Source: a virus (taxonomy: Duplodnaviria; Caudoviricetes). Taken from it: a stretch of DNA of 64,000 bases. Each line of letters opens with the position of its first letter. Within the stretch, counting starts at the first letter, position 1. Below the pieces are notes generated by a model. It had not been told where the DNA came from, did no database searches, and saw only the letters and a program-made list of their open reading frames with translations. The position numbers and the translations under genes were made by a program. Shown piece by piece: positions 36,946 through 48,258 of the stretch. The stretch is taken from IMG/VR virus record IMGVR_UViG_3300017987_005501; one strand, 5' to 3'.

Positions 36946-37239
36946 GTGATCATAGCCCGTAAATTCCGCGTGAGAGTTGGCAACGACCCAAATGCGTATT
37001 ATTTTACAATTGCTCAGGACGAATGGGGACATTTATCTGTTACAGAGATTGTAACCCCCCATGGACCTATGAAGTATTGTTTACCTTTGCCACAGAATGT
37101 TGTAACTGCAATGTGTGATGCTATGGCAATTGTTGAATCTGGGGCAGGATGTATTGACCCTATCAATGGAAGCACTGGAGTTACAGGAGTAACAAGCGTA
37201 ACCGGAAACCAAGGATGTTCAGGTTTCACTTTCTTGTAA
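36946..37239 (+). CDS. Hypothetical, possibly virion protein
   Basis: GTG start coupled to upstream stop. Confidence 0.5.
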   Translation: MIIARKFRVRVGNDPNAYYFTIAQDEWGHLSVTEIVTPHGPMKYCLPLPQNVVTAMCDAMAIVESGAGCIDPINGSTGVTGVTSVTGNQGCSGFTFL

Positions 37240-37251
37240 AGGTACTAGATA

Positions 37252-37479
37252 ATGTGTAATATTAATAGAATTCCATTAAAACCAACAGAAGTTAAAGGGG
37301 AAATTCTTGGAAACCCCGACACTATTGAAATTATTCAGGTAAACTCCTTATATGCTTCCCAAATGTCCTTGCCTGTCTCATCTGGCGCATCTGGGACTTA
37401 TCTATTGGCATCTAGTTGTAGCCTATTCGCAACAAACCCAGGCTTTTTAATGAATGTGACTCAAAGATTTAGATTCTAA
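37252..37479 (+). CDS. Hypothetical protein
   Basis: 75 aa ORF in operon. Confidence 0.45.
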   Translation: MCNINRIPLKPTEVKGEILGNPDTIEIIQVNSLYASQMSLPVSSGASGTYLLASSCSLFATNPGFLMNVTQRFRF

Positions 37480-37480
37480 A

Positions 37481-38536
37481 ATGAGAGTTTTCTTTTATCG
37501 GGAAAGCGTGAACGCATGTAGCTATTACCGATGTATTTTACCTCATAAATATTTAAGTCGGGATCCTGAAATAACTAGCAAAATATCGGACTCTTTAACC
37601 GAACAGGATATAGAAGAGTCCGATATTTTTATTTTTCAGAAGAAACACTCCAGCAACGACTTCGCTCTTCTTAATAAAATTAAAGCCTTTGGGAAAAAAA
37701 TCGTTTACGAAATCGATGATAATATTTTCGATGTTCCAATTTGGAATCCAAGCTATGCCGCCATTAACCAAATAAAAGCAAAAATTAAATATTTTATTGA
37801 AAAAGTAGATCTAGTTACGGTAACGTGCAAACATTTAAGGAAAGAGCTTTTAAGATTCAATAAAAATATTGCAGTTCTTCCTAATTCTTTAGACTTTGAA
37901 AAAATTGATAGGGGCGAAACTATAAAGCCCCAAATTCTTAATAAAAATCTCCAGCAGGTTGATTGGGAAGAATTGAAAGGTAAACTCAAGGGAAAAATTA
38001 TTATTGGTTGGTCTGGGTCCCCAACACACAAGGAAGACTTAAAAATAGTAACAAAACCTTTACTCCGGCTTCTATCTCAAAATAAAAATATTGTGCTTTT
38101 TATGGTTTTAGGGGCTATTAAGGAACTAGTCATAAGAAGCCCAGAAGACCAAATTTTCTGTGTTGGAGCAGTAAAATTAGAAGACTACTACGCACTACTC
38201 CGTACCTTAAATTGGGACATTGGATTAGCTCCTTTGGATTTTTCAAATTTTAATAATTCGAAAAGTAATTTAAAGATCTTGGAATATATGAGTCTTGGAA
38301 TTATCCCAGTCGCAACGAAAATAGAAAATTACGCAAATACTCTGGAAATTCGGTTTAATAATCTACTAATTAATGCTAATAATAAGTCCCTCTGGTTTGA
38401 TAAAATTAATGAATTAAGCCAGTCTAATTTAACTGTTTTGAGGGATAAAGTAATATCGTTTACAAAAGAAAATTACGACATTAAAAACAATATAGAACTC
38501 TGGAAAAGTACATATAGAAAACTCTTGGAAAGTTAA
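37481..38536 (+). CDS. GT-B fold glycosyltransferase (GT4-like)
   Basis: YYRCILP, VYEIDDN, IGWSGSPTH, DIGLAPL...FNNSKSNLKILEY...G. Confidence 0.85.
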   Translation: MRVFFYRESVNACSYYRCILPHKYLSRDPEITSKISDSLTEQDIEESDIFIFQKKHSSNDFALLNKIKAFGKKIVYEIDDNIFDVPIWNPSYAAINQIKAKIKYFIEKVDLVTVTCKHLRKELLRFNKNIAVLPNSLDFEKIDRGETIKPQILNKNLQQVDWEELKGKLKGKIIIGWSGSPTHKEDLKIVTKPLLRLLSQNKNIVLFMVLGAIKELVIRSPEDQIFCVGAVKLEDYYALLRTLNWDIGLAPLDFSNFNNSKSNLKILEYMSLGIIPVATKIENYANTLEIRFNNLLINANNKSLWFDKINELSQSNLTVLRDKVISFTKENYDIKNNIELWKSTYRKLLES

Positions 38537-38538
38537 TT

Positions 38539-40794
38539 ATGGAAACAGAAATTCGTAAATTACAAAGAATCGCTAATAAAATTGCGTCCTATATAAAAAG
38601 AAGTGCGAAATCTTATATAGAAGGAGCAACAACGGCAGAGGCCAGATTTTACGATGCTCTTTTATTTAAGGTTTGGTACCTCTTATATACCAAGAAAGAC
38701 CCAAAAAGAGCAGCCGACCAAAACTTTATCGCGGATGCCTTAAGAGCTTTTCGCTTTAATGGCATCCCCTCTAGGGAAGGGATTGTTGATGTTGGAGAAA
38801 GCTTTCAGGATATTCCAAGAGCTGGGGCAGGCCTAGAAGATAAGTTACATATGATTTATAGTCTTGCAGAACAAGAAGAAGAGGATACGGAAGAGGATAC
38901 GGAAGAGGAAAAGGAAAGGCTTCTAAAGGAAAGGGAAGCAGAAAAGCAACATAGGGAAAAAGAGTTAGCAGCGTTAATGGAAGCTTCCGACGAAGAAAAT
39001 ATTGAAGCGATGTACGATTTCCTTGATAATGATGAAGAGGATAGGGACGAAGAGGATAGGGACGACGATGACGAGGAGGAGGACGAAGAGGAAGACGAGC
39101 ACCTTGAAGAGGAGGAAGAAGAAAAGAAAAGCGAAGTAGGATACTACTACGAAGGAGAGAATGCGGAAGAAGAAAAGAAGGATGGGGATGGCCCTAAAAG
39201 ACAATTTGCAGTTGGAAAAGAAAGAAGATTTTTCTTTGGGGAACCCCATGGATTTGACTTAAAATCAGGGGCCACAACTTCCCCTAAAGATATTGTTAAG
39301 GAAGTATTATCTTCTAAGTTTGTTGAAGACGGTGGTCTTTTTGAACATGTTTCTCCTTCCGGGGATATTTACTCGAATTTATTAGCTTTAACCTATAGTT
39401 ACTTAAAAAGATACAATTGCTGGCCCCTAGGAATGACCCTTCAAGATATGGCGAGTTATGTTCTCGATACCTTAATCTATACGACTGCATTAAAGAATTT
39501 TGAACCAGTTAAATCCTCTTCTGGTTTTATTCGTGAAGATATTGAAGAGGCATTAGAGCATTTTAGGAAGGAAGTTGAAACGGTTGGCTTGGAGCAGGCT
39601 ATTAATAACACTTCCCCCGCACAGCTGGAAAAAATTAACGTTGGTTCAATAGAAGATATTTCAGAGGGGGAATTAGGAGAATTAATTCCCCGAGAATGGA
39701 TAACGGGATCAGCAGGAATAAACTATGTTGGGCAATATTTAAGCACTTTAGTTAATAATGCTGTGAGAAGGGAAAGACAACTAAGGAAAAAAGAGACAGA
39801 GGGACAACAATCTATTGTACCCTCCCAGAAAGATATGGAAGAGCTACGGCCTGGAGAGGTACAAGAAAGCCAACTTGCGGGGAAAGGCGAGTTAGAGCCC
39901 GAAACAATTAAAAACGAAGACCAAGCATTTAAGGTGATCCTAAATCTTTTAGGTAACGAAACTGTTAAATCATACCTTTCTACCCTATCCGGGTTAGATA
40001 AAATTATTAAAGAAGACGGGGAGGAGGAGGAATTCAGCTGTTTAGCCCGAATTAAGCACTTCCTTAGGGCATCGACCCGGTCAGAAGACTTATTAACTAA
40101 AAAATTAGAAGCTTTTGCTGCTTTATATCAACCCATGATTTTGGAAGTTATAAAAAATGGCTATAATAGAAATGATCTTCCCCTTGTTACGGAGGAGCAA
40201 CGAATTGGGGATACCTATTGGAAAAAATTAATTAGAAAGATGAATAACCCATTAGCAACTTTATCGGTCTTAACAGAACATAAGGATAAAGCGCGAGTTG
40301 TTTATCTTAAAATGCTTTATGATTTAATAGAGAAACTAATTCCCGAAGGACTAACCTGGAAAAAGCTCCAACGAGAATTAATAAGGGCACGACATAGAGG
40401 CGACGATGTAAGAGCAAAAGAACTAGAAGAAGAAATTGAAAAAAGAAGAAAAAATGATAAGCTGTTTAAGGTAGAAGTAACAGAAAAAGGAAAAAAATTA
40501 ATTCCTGCCCTATCAAAAGAGGAACAAAAAGTAATCGAGGAAAATCTTCATTTCACTGACACCGCGAAAGATTTAGTAAGGTTATTTGATTCGGGATCTT
40601 TGAAAGGTAAGATAAAACAACCTCTAGTACGAATTATGTCTGCCTTAGCGAATGCCGCGGATAAAGAGAGTGAAAACTATAATGAGAAAATAGCAAATAT
40701 GATTTCACCGGAGATTAAAAATTTCCTTATAACTTTTAGGGATAATCCTGCTTTACAAAAAAGTTTTTTGGATCCGAAAGAATTAAGGAAGTAA
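38539..40794 (+). CDS. Large protein with acidic tract; candidate internal head protein
   Basis: N-terminal RIANKIASYIKRSA, D/E-rich region. Confidence 0.45.
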   Translation: METEIRKLQRIANKIASYIKRSAKSYIEGATTAEARFYDALLFKVWYLLYTKKDPKRAADQNFIADALRAFRFNGIPSREGIVDVGESFQDIPRAGAGLEDKLHMIYSLAEQEEEDTEEDTEEEKERLLKEREAEKQHREKELAALMEASDEENIEAMYDFLDNDEEDRDEEDRDDDDEEEDEEEDEHLEEEEEEKKSEVGYYYEGENAEEEKKDGDGPKRQFAVGKERRFFFGEPHGFDLKSGATTSPKDIVKEVLSSKFVEDGGLFEHVSPSGDIYSNLLALTYSYLKRYNCWPLGMTLQDMASYVLDTLIYTTALKNFEPVKSSSGFIREDIEEALEHFRKEVETVGLEQAINNTSPAQLEKINVGSIEDISEGELGELIPREWITGSAGINYVGQYLSTLVNNAVRRERQLRKKETEGQQSIVPSQKDMEELRPGEVQESQLAGKGELEPETIKNEDQAFKVILNLLGNETVKSYLSTLSGLDKIIKEDGEEEEFSCLARIKHFLRASTRSEDLLTKKLEAFAALYQPMILEVIKNGYNRNDLPLVTEEQRIGDTYWKKLIRKMNNPLATLSVLTEHKDKARVVYLKMLYDLIEKLIPEGLTWKKLQRELIRARHRGDDVRAKELEEEIEKRRKNDKLFKVEVTEKGKKLIPALSKEEQKVIEENLHFTDTAKDLVRLFDSGSLKGKIKQPLVRIMSALANAADKESENYNEKIANMISPEIKNFLITFRDNPALQKSFLDPKELRK

Positions 40795-40862
40795 TACCTC
40801 GTATTATAATTAAGTAGAGTGTATCTATATATAGAAAATATCCATATAAAAAGGAGATTAGA

Positions 40863-41213
40863 ATGACAGAAGAAAAGAATGAAACTCAACTAAGCGAAGA
40901 GGAACAAAAAGCTTTACGGATCGCAAAAAGATTTATTGAAGAAGAGGATCTCGCTTTTCTTCAAGAATTAGACAGGAAGGTCCAGGAAGGGCTTCTCCAG
41001 GTAGGTGCCTTGGAAGACCAAAAAATGATGGTTCTTGGTGCCGTCCAAAAATTAAGGGAAGACCGGGACGGAAAAGTTAAGCAAATGGAAATTAAATACA
41101 ATATTCCAGAAGGAGCAAGATGGAATATTGATGGCCGCGAGAAAAAGATCGTTTTCTTAAATGAGAATAACGAAGTCATAGACGGGCCAGCACAAGAGGA
41201 GAAAAAAGAATAA
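40863..41213 (+). CDS. Hypothetical coiled-coil protein
   Basis: 116 aa ORF, RBS AGGAG. Confidence 0.55.
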   Translation: MTEEKNETQLSEEEQKALRIAKRFIEEEDLAFLQELDRKVQEGLLQVGALEDQKMMVLGAVQKLREDRDGKVKQMEIKYNIPEGARWNIDGREKKIVFLNENNEVIDGPAQEEKKE

Positions 41214-41224
41214 GAAAGTAGCCT

Positions 41225-42673
41225 ATGGGCTTTACAATGCCCCGGAGGGAAAAGGTCATCTGGCCTGATATTCCCAATGGTTATCCGCATCCACCTCGTA
41301 ACGTTATTATAACATCTCCTTATACCGAGGGAGCTCTCGATATAAGATGGGATAACCCTGCCCATATTCCAGAGAATGTGGGCACATTCTTTTTAAATAT
41401 CTTTGGCGTAAATATTTATAGATCAAGGGAAAGTCAATTTGGCCCTTGGGAAAAAATTAATGATGCTCCGGTAGGAGCTTTGACCTTTAGAGATGAAACC
41501 CAACATCAATTGGTTTTAAATGAAGATGTTACTGGGATGTTTATTTCTAAGGATAACCAAACAGATACAGAGAACGACCCGAACCAAACATTAACATTCA
41601 CTGTAAAAAATCCTCCAATAACCCAACCAAACCCAAGAGCTAACGAAGTAAGCGATTATTCCCAAGTAAAAGTAACTTTCACTGATAGTTCCGGGGAGGT
41701 CAAGGAGGCCGTTGTTGGTAACATTGATTGGTTGACCGGTAGGATTTCTCTTGTAACTAAAGCATACCTTGATGCGATATCCCTAAGAATGGTCGAGCCA
41801 AACATTCCTGACCTTAATAACCCGGCAACAAGGGTTTATTGCACATATTATAGATTAGAAAACTTTGTGGATACAACCTTAGATAGAAGAACCCATTATA
41901 AACTAACAACAGTTGCTGAAGATAAAAAAGGCAATTTTGTAGAAACTCCCATCGAGTATGCAATTGCAGAAGACTCGCTACAATTTGAAAAACTAGATTA
42001 TATGTGGAGGGAAGCAACAAGAAGAAATAAATGGATTCTAGAGCAAGGTGGGGAACGGGTCAAAGTTATGGTCCGAAAATGGATTGGAGAGCCTTGTAAA
42101 TGTGAAAGTGGGAACCCACATTCAGAAGTAAATAACTTTCCGCGCCATAAATGTAAAGTTTGTTTTGGGACTGGCGTTATTGGAGGGTATGAGGGGCCGT
42201 TCGATCTATTAATTCCCCCTCCAGATACAGAAAGACAAATAAATCCAACCGAAAGAGGATTGAGATTAATTTATACTTATGAATGTTGGACCGGCCCAAC
42301 GCCAAGACTTACGGAAAGGGATATTCTAATTAAACCTAATGGAGAAAGATATATTTTAGGTCCAGTATCCCCTGTAGTTGTTCGCGGAGTGATGATCCAA
42401 CAAAGTTTTTCTGTCCAATATGTTGAGGTGGACGATATTATTTATAAAGTCCCACTAGGCGGAAAAATTCAACACCCAGTCGCAAAGAAACAAGAAGACA
42501 AACTTAAAGTTTTAGATACTTCCGCAAATCCAGACGCAATTCCAGACCCACAAATAGGGAAGAAAGCTTTCAGGCCAAGCGAGCTCTCCCCTTATATCTC
42601 GGATCATTGTAGAAAACCACCCTCTTTAGAACAAAAGGGTAGGACTAAGACTTGGGAAAATATTACCTACTAA
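41225..42673 (+). CDS. Probable head-tail connector/neck protein with N-terminal FN3-like domain and Zn finger
   Basis: PPRNV...IRWDNP...YRS FN3 pattern; GERVKV...CKC...CKVCFGTG..GGY; located in structural region. Confidence 0.5.
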   Translation: MGFTMPRREKVIWPDIPNGYPHPPRNVIITSPYTEGALDIRWDNPAHIPENVGTFFLNIFGVNIYRSRESQFGPWEKINDAPVGALTFRDETQHQLVLNEDVTGMFISKDNQTDTENDPNQTLTFTVKNPPITQPNPRANEVSDYSQVKVTFTDSSGEVKEAVVGNIDWLTGRISLVTKAYLDAISLRMVEPNIPDLNNPATRVYCTYYRLENFVDTTLDRRTHYKLTTVAEDKKGNFVETPIEYAIAEDSLQFEKLDYMWREATRRNKWILEQGGERVKVMVRKWIGEPCKCESGNPHSEVNNFPRHKCKVCFGTGVIGGYEGPFDLLIPPPDTERQINPTERGLRLIYTYECWTGPTPRLTERDILIKPNGERYILGPVSPVVVRGVMIQQSFSVQYVEVDDIIYKVPLGGKIQHPVAKKQEDKLKVLDTSANPDAIPDPQIGKKAFRPSELSPYISDHCRKPPSLEQKGRTKTWENITY

Positions 42674-44790
42674 ACGTTCCAATTGCTTCCAACATTCCAA
42701 GCCGCGCCTTGGTTTAGGTTATAACCATTCTTGTAAAGAATTCCCGTAAGAGAGCAATTATTATTTCCAGCGAAGTTAAAAAGTGTATATGTTGGAGCGA
42801 CAGGTCCGTCTATGCTAAAATTAGAGAATGCTAAAAATTGGTTATTGGCATTTCCAACTGCAATAGGATGGTCAGAAAGATCCCAGGTAGTTACGTTAGA
42901 GATTGTACCCCGCAAACATGTGTTAAACTCAAAATCAGCCCAACCTTTGTTAGCACTAGTAATATTAGTTATTGTAAAAGGATTTGCTCCAGTTAAAGCG
43001 AATCCAATATGAACAGTATCAAGTTGAATATTCGCAATATTAAGGTTACGGATAGGATCAGAGTTTCTAAATACAAGAGGTGCGTTAAAAAAGAAGCTAT
43101 CGGTTAAAGAGAAGTTATCCCCTCCTAGAATTTCAATAGCTGCCCCAGACGTTACTCCATTTATAGAAGCATAGATATCCCTAATTTGAATTCCCTCATG
43201 GGTAAAAGCGGGGTCTCCTCCCTGGAGAAGAACTCTAGTTAATTTATTTGCGCTTGAGCCCCAATCCCCCTTAGTTCTAATATTTTCTATTTTTAGGTTT
43301 CGCAGAATATTTGAATCATCGTTAACAAAACTAGCAAGAACCCCACTATCGCTCCCCGCGTATGATGGGAAAACGCTGCGGGAACAATTATCAATTAAAA
43401 CATTCTTAATAGTAATCTCTTCAATATTATTGGTATCCCCTACAGTATCATAGCTAACCAAAAACTGTAGGTATTCCATCTCAATAGAGTCAAATTCTAG
43501 ATTACTAATCGGGGTAGCTGCTATATTAAAGCCCCCTTGGGCATTTAGTCCCGTATTATCATAGCTAGTCCCAATAAATTTACAATTAAAGAACTTCCAG
43601 TCCTCAATACTAGCAGTATTAAACGCACCGACATGAGATCCTCCCGCCACGGAAGCTTTTGGAACGCATGTTAGGTCCTCTACATAACCATGAGAGGAGT
43701 TAATATCAAAACCGTCTTGCCCAAAAGTTCCAACTTCTATTTCAAGTTGCTTAAAGGAACTGTATTCCCCGGAAACTTTAATGGTCCCAGTGACATATAA
43801 GTCTTTGAAAATATTATAATCCCCAGAAAGGTCTATCTTTGTTGGATGAGCTTGTGTTGCAAGAGCACATTTAATATCTTCACATATATTCCGATTACCT
43901 GTAACCTCTAAAATAGTTCCAATGGAATTAACTTCATCAATATTTTTAATAAAGTTTCCATTCCCTGCAACTAGAAGAGCCGTATTACTGCCAGAAAGAT
44001 CAAACATGCAATTATTAACTTCACAATTATCGGAATTAATTTGAATTCCATAACCACCAGAGGCTAATCCAACAGTAATTCCCATTATAACAGAACCACT
44101 AGAGCCCAAACCAAAGGTTATTGGAGCATTATTGCTCACAATATTATAATTTTTAGACCCCATAATATAGACAGGGTCAGAAAAAGTTATTGATCCCTCA
44201 ACAATATTTCCAACAACCGCAAAATGTCTGTGTCCTGAATTATAGGCAGAAGATAATGTCGGGAAGAAAGCCCCAGACCCAACCTCTGCAAATCCCATTA
44301 TGCTACCACTTGCAGTAAGCCCTTTAGACCCAACGTATCTATAGAAACTAATCTTCGCTGGTGGGGTTTTTCCGCTTGGGAAACCATCGTAAAAAGTTAA
44401 TACTCCCCCTTCGGGGTCTAAAACCCAATCCCCTTCTCCAAAAGCAATTGAAGCCCCAAGGTTATCTGTCACCTGATAGTTATATGAGCCATCCCCAAAG
44501 TTAAAAGGGATCGCATCCTGAAGATCCGCATGATAAAAAGATCCATTAGAGGTACCAGCTACAGCAGACAACGTAAGACCTGACTTAAACTGGACCACTC
44601 CAGAAACTGCGTCAGGGGCTAGGGTAGGCGCGGTAGATGGAATTTGGTCGCTTTGAGCCCAAATCTGAGCTGTATAGACAGCATTTCTGCTATTTATAGG
44701 CTCTTCAAAGAAGGCCCTTGAATCAGCAGTGCTTGATTTACCTAAGAATCTTTTAAATAAAATATTTGATCTTTCGTCGGATGATACCAT
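42670..44790 (-). CDS. Tail fibre/spike-like protein with parallel beta-helix repeats
   Basis: Gly/Asn/Ser-rich, repeated I.I.N..F beta-helix pattern in the C-terminal two-thirds. Confidence 0.6.
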   Translation of the reverse strand: MVSSDERSNILFKRFLGKSSTADSRAFFEEPINSRNAVYTAQIWAQSDQIPSTAPTLAPDAVSGVVQFKSGLTLSAVAGTSNGSFYHADLQDAIPFNFGDGSYNYQVTDNLGASIAFGEGDWVLDPEGGVLTFYDGFPSGKTPPAKISFYRYVGSKGLTASGSIMGFAEVGSGAFFPTLSSAYNSGHRHFAVVGNIVEGSITFSDPVYIMGSKNYNIVSNNAPITFGLGSSGSVIMGITVGLASGGYGIQINSDNCEVNNCMFDLSGSNTALLVAGNGNFIKNIDEVNSIGTILEVTGNRNICEDIKCALATQAHPTKIDLSGDYNIFKDLYVTGTIKVSGEYSSFKQLEIEVGTFGQDGFDINSSHGYVEDLTCVPKASVAGGSHVGAFNTASIEDWKFFNCKFIGTSYDNTGLNAQGGFNIAATPISNLEFDSIEMEYLQFLVSYDTVGDTNNIEEITIKNVLIDNCSRSVFPSYAGSDSGVLASFVNDDSNILRNLKIENIRTKGDWGSSANKLTRVLLQGGDPAFTHEGIQIRDIYASINGVTSGAAIEILGGDNFSLTDSFFFNAPLVFRNSDPIRNLNIANIQLDTVHIGFALTGANPFTITNITSANKGWADFEFNTCLRGTISNVTTWDLSDHPIAVGNANNQFLAFSNFSIDGPVAPTYTLFNFAGNNNCSLTGILYKNGYNLNQGAAWNVGSNWNV

Positions 44791-44798
44791 TTTTCACC

Positions 44799-47700
44799 TT
44801 ATGCTGAAGTTATTGTTACACTTCCAAATCTTATTGTACTACCTTGTTTAATTCCAACCCTAACATAAACAGTTCCTGTTTGAGTTGCTGCCCCAAAAGT
44901 TATTCTTCTAGAGGTTGTAGTCGAAGCCCCTAGGTCTAATGCGGGGTCACCATTATTTGTTGGATTTCCAACCCCAGGATAAGCAGAATCCCCATCAACC
45001 CACCCTGTTGTTGCTGGCCCATCAACATATAAAGCAAAGTTAGTTAATCCATCTTGTATTGTTGGGAAATTGCTTGTATTATTAAAATCAATTCTAATTG
45101 CAGTATTAGCAGATGCTGTAAATGTAAATGTTACCCATCTAAAGTTATTAAATGTTCCTCCCCCGATTGCCGAATAATTTGGTCCTGCAGTTGGAACATT
45201 TGAACTATAGTTAACTGCTGGTGGGAATTGATACTGTCCATTTAACATTTGGAGTTCTTCAGTATATGCCCCGACTAGAGAAGTGGTTGAAACATAGGCA
45301 CCACCATAACCCCCACCTGGATATTGCCCCGCCCCGGATAAAACTCTTGCGGACTCATTACTGTTTGTATCAATTCTAACGTTATTTGTCACATCCGAAC
45401 TCCCCGAATTCCCCTTAGAGTTATAACCATAACAAGAAATAGAAACATCTTCTGTATACTTACTAGCTTCAACAGTAACAGAAATAGAAGCTATGTGGCT
45501 TCCTCCGTAAATATAACCACCCGTTGGGGCTTCGTTTGTATCAGTTGTTTGATCCGACTGAGCTCTAGCAATTCTTGTCGCGTTGTAATAAGTGTATATT
45601 GCGTTATTAACTGTAAAATCAGCAGTAATTGCTTCTCCGGTATCCATTGTTGGGACGCCAGAATAATAAGTTGTTCCCGTTCCGCCTGCGGGCGTAATAC
45701 TTGCTCCCGCAATTGTTGGGGCTTGTGGGTCATCTACCCCGAATGTTAGTTGAGTGCTACCAGTAACCGAGTGAGTCATCTTGGCAACATGATTTCCAAA
45801 GATTAAATTATGTGTCGGCTCTATTTGAGCCCCTAAAGCAAACCAGAAGTTTTCTTTTCCTGCTACCCCAGAATAATAGTCATAATCTGCTAAAACCAAT
45901 AAACTATCTGAAGAAACCCCGGTATCGTCTCCAGTTGTCAAAGTTATTGTCCCCGAAGCAATACTATCAATAAAAGCAGATAAAGTTCCATCAGAAGCAT
46001 CCCAGAAACCATCCCCTGGAGGGATAAAATCTGTTCCCGTTACAACTGTTGGGGTTTGATCATCTATAACTGCATTAACTAAAGAATCGTCAGCAGTTAA
46101 TAGCGCGGAGTAGGAGCCAACAATCTCCATAAGAATATCAGCTAGGTTTGGCGGTTTGGCAGGAGCAAGTTTTCCTAAAATTAAATCTAATTTATCGAGC
46201 GCATCCTCAACCCTATCCCCTTGTTGAAGCCCAGCAATTGACCCAGAAGCCGTCCCATAGTGCCCATCGGTGGGTAGCCCAATCTTAAAATCTGACCCAG
46301 AAGCAACAATCCTATTAGCTCCAACATATAGAACTGCACCCGAAATCCCAGAAGATAACCAAAGGGTATTTCCATTTCCAGGATTTCCTCCTTGTAGAGT
46401 TAACTCTAACCCAGTTGGATCAATTAGCCCGTCAACAGTAAGTTTCCCTGGGATGTAAACCCCACCACCGGAAATAACGAGGGTTGGGTTTGTTATTAAA
46501 GCACCAGATGCGGCAAATCTAAACTTTCCATTGGATAAGAAGTCCGGCCCTAAAGCTCCAGAAGCAGGATTTAAAGGAATATTACCATAATATAATTCTC
46601 CCGTTATCTGATTCGCCCAAAGGGTATATGTATTTCCAGGATTTAATGTTTGAGGATCAAACTGAAAACCAGTTGGGTCTACTAGCCCATCAACAGTAAG
46701 TTTCCCTGGGATATAAATGCCGCCACCCGAAATATAAAGGCTTGCAGAAGCAATAGACTTTCCTTCTGGGGCAAATCTAAAAATAGAATCAGACAAGAAA
46801 TCACTAATTTGTAAGCTACTTCCCGAGGGGAATTCTATGCCTCCGCTAGAAATAAGGATATCCCCATTCCCGGTAGTTAAGGTAATGTAGTTATTAACTG
46901 TTAGGCCGTAGCGTGCATCAACAATATCCCCTGGTAAGGTGGGAAAAAGAGAGCCAGAAGCATCCCGATCCCACCAAGAAGCTCCAAGGCCAACATCAAA
47001 TTTAATCCAAGGGTCGTCGGGGTCTGACCCAATTGTAAAATCTATAGAATTTCCAGCGATTAAGCGAATCTCTGATTTATTTCCAGTTGGGTTTCCCGTT
47101 GCATTTGAAATTTGAGGGAAAGTTAATAATTCAGAAGCCCCAGAAGAATACTCAAAACGTAAGCCTAGTTGATTAAGCCTATATCCATCAATGGTTGTTT
47201 CTGTTGTAGTATTAATATATTCCGAGGCAAGCAATAAACCTTTTGTGTTTTTAAGAGTAGCACTTCCATCAGAACCAAAGAGAAGATAATTAGAAGAATC
47301 CCTTTTAAGAACAACATAATCAGAAAGTATTAATTCTTTTTCCCCAAGGTTACAAGTCAAAACGCTAGAGGTAGAGCTAAGGCTTAAAAAGTTTGTGGGG
47401 CTAACCCCGAAAAATCCTTGGTCTTGTGCCAAGAGAATATATCTCGACGCGCTATTCGCTAAAATTGTATAATCGTCATCTAGGAAAAGCCCGTTAAGGT
47501 TAAACCTTTTATGATAAAAAGAAGTTTGGTTTGAAGAGAAGCTATAACCTCTTTCTAGGCTATAACGTAGCAGAGAATCTGTCGCTTGCGAAAACTTAAA
47601 TCCAAGGTCACCATTAAAAGTACCAGTGAATTCATCCTGGGAAAAAGTTAAAATACTTCCATTCCTCTTATAGTTTAACCCTACGTCATTAAGAACAAGA

Positions 47701-48203
47701 TAATTATTATCCAGTTCCTTTTGTAGGAGGACATACTCTGGAAGAATATCTAATTTTTGGTTCCCTACCTGAAGGTTAATTGTTGTATCTGTTACTGTTA
47801 ATCCATAAGTTCCCAATAATAGGTGTGCCCCAGTCTCTGATAAAAGAAGTTGTCCTTCATTTTTATAAAGGGCTCGGGCATAGGAATCTGTGACTGAGAA
47901 TTCAAAGCCACTAACAGAGATAATATATCCGTTTGAATCAAAAACTTGGTAGGAATCTCCAAAATCTAATCTCAGCTCTGTATTAGAAATAATTACCTTT
48001 TCTGTATCAGAGTAGGATAAGATAGCTCCATTTGCAGAGAGCTGCAGAGTTGTATCACCCCTAAAAAAATTAATTACACTAGAAGTATTAGCATAATCTA
48101 TTTCTAGGGATGCCCCAAGGCTAGTTAACGTAAAAATACTGTTTGCAGGGTCATCATCAATTATTTGTGCCCCATAAGGTGCTGAGATGAATTCTCCGGC
48201 CAT
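44799..48203 (-). CDS. Large fibre-like virion protein with internal duplication
   Basis: 1134 aa, beta-rich, two copies of ISGGG.YIPGKLTVDGL.DPTG. Confidence 0.6.
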   Translation of the reverse strand: MAGEFISAPYGAQIIDDDPANSIFTLTSLGASLEIDYANTSSVINFFRGDTTLQLSANGAILSYSDTEKVIISNTELRLDFGDSYQVFDSNGYIISVSGFEFSVTDSYARALYKNEGQLLLSETGAHLLLGTYGLTVTDTTINLQVGNQKLDILPEYVLLQKELDNNYLVLNDVGLNYKRNGSILTFSQDEFTGTFNGDLGFKFSQATDSLLRYSLERGYSFSSNQTSFYHKRFNLNGLFLDDDYTILANSASRYILLAQDQGFFGVSPTNFLSLSSTSSVLTCNLGEKELILSDYVVLKRDSSNYLLFGSDGSATLKNTKGLLLASEYINTTTETTIDGYRLNQLGLRFEYSSGASELLTFPQISNATGNPTGNKSEIRLIAGNSIDFTIGSDPDDPWIKFDVGLGASWWDRDASGSLFPTLPGDIVDARYGLTVNNYITLTTGNGDILISSGGIEFPSGSSLQISDFLSDSIFRFAPEGKSIASASLYISGGGIYIPGKLTVDGLVDPTGFQFDPQTLNPGNTYTLWANQITGELYYGNIPLNPASGALGPDFLSNGKFRFAASGALITNPTLVISGGGVYIPGKLTVDGLIDPTGLELTLQGGNPGNGNTLWLSSGISGAVLYVGANRIVASGSDFKIGLPTDGHYGTASGSIAGLQQGDRVEDALDKLDLILGKLAPAKPPNLADILMEIVGSYSALLTADDSLVNAVIDDQTPTVVTGTDFIPPGDGFWDASDGTLSAFIDSIASGTITLTTGDDTGVSSDSLLVLADYDYYSGVAGKENFWFALGAQIEPTHNLIFGNHVAKMTHSVTGSTQLTFGVDDPQAPTIAGASITPAGGTGTTYYSGVPTMDTGEAITADFTVNNAIYTYYNATRIARAQSDQTTDTNEAPTGGYIYGGSHIASISVTVEASKYTEDVSISCYGYNSKGNSGSSDVTNNVRIDTNSNESARVLSGAGQYPGGGYGGAYVSTTSLVGAYTEELQMLNGQYQFPPAVNYSSNVPTAGPNYSAIGGGTFNNFRWVTFTFTASANTAIRIDFNNTSNFPTIQDGLTNFALYVDGPATTGWVDGDSAYPGVGNPTNNGDPALDLGASTTTSRRITFGAATQTGTVYVRVGIKQGSTIRFGSVTITSA
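46411..46720. repeat. Internal 258-bp-period duplication in the fibre gene
   Basis: CAACAGTAAGTTTCCCTGGGAT occurs twice, 258 bp (86 codons) apart. Confidence 0.8.
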
Positions 48204-48258
48204 CTGATTATTTCCTTATAAGTTGACTTTATATCGTTTCTTAATTTAAAACAAAATA

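Noticed and set aside
38878-39063. 12- and 15-bp repeats in the acidic tract of the 751-aa gene
   Set aside because: Ordinary low-complexity coding expansions.
42670-48203. Invertible tail-fibre (Mu G-segment-like) system or DGR target
   Set aside because: No recombinase, flanking inverted repeats, reverse transcriptase or adenine-specific repeat pair seen.
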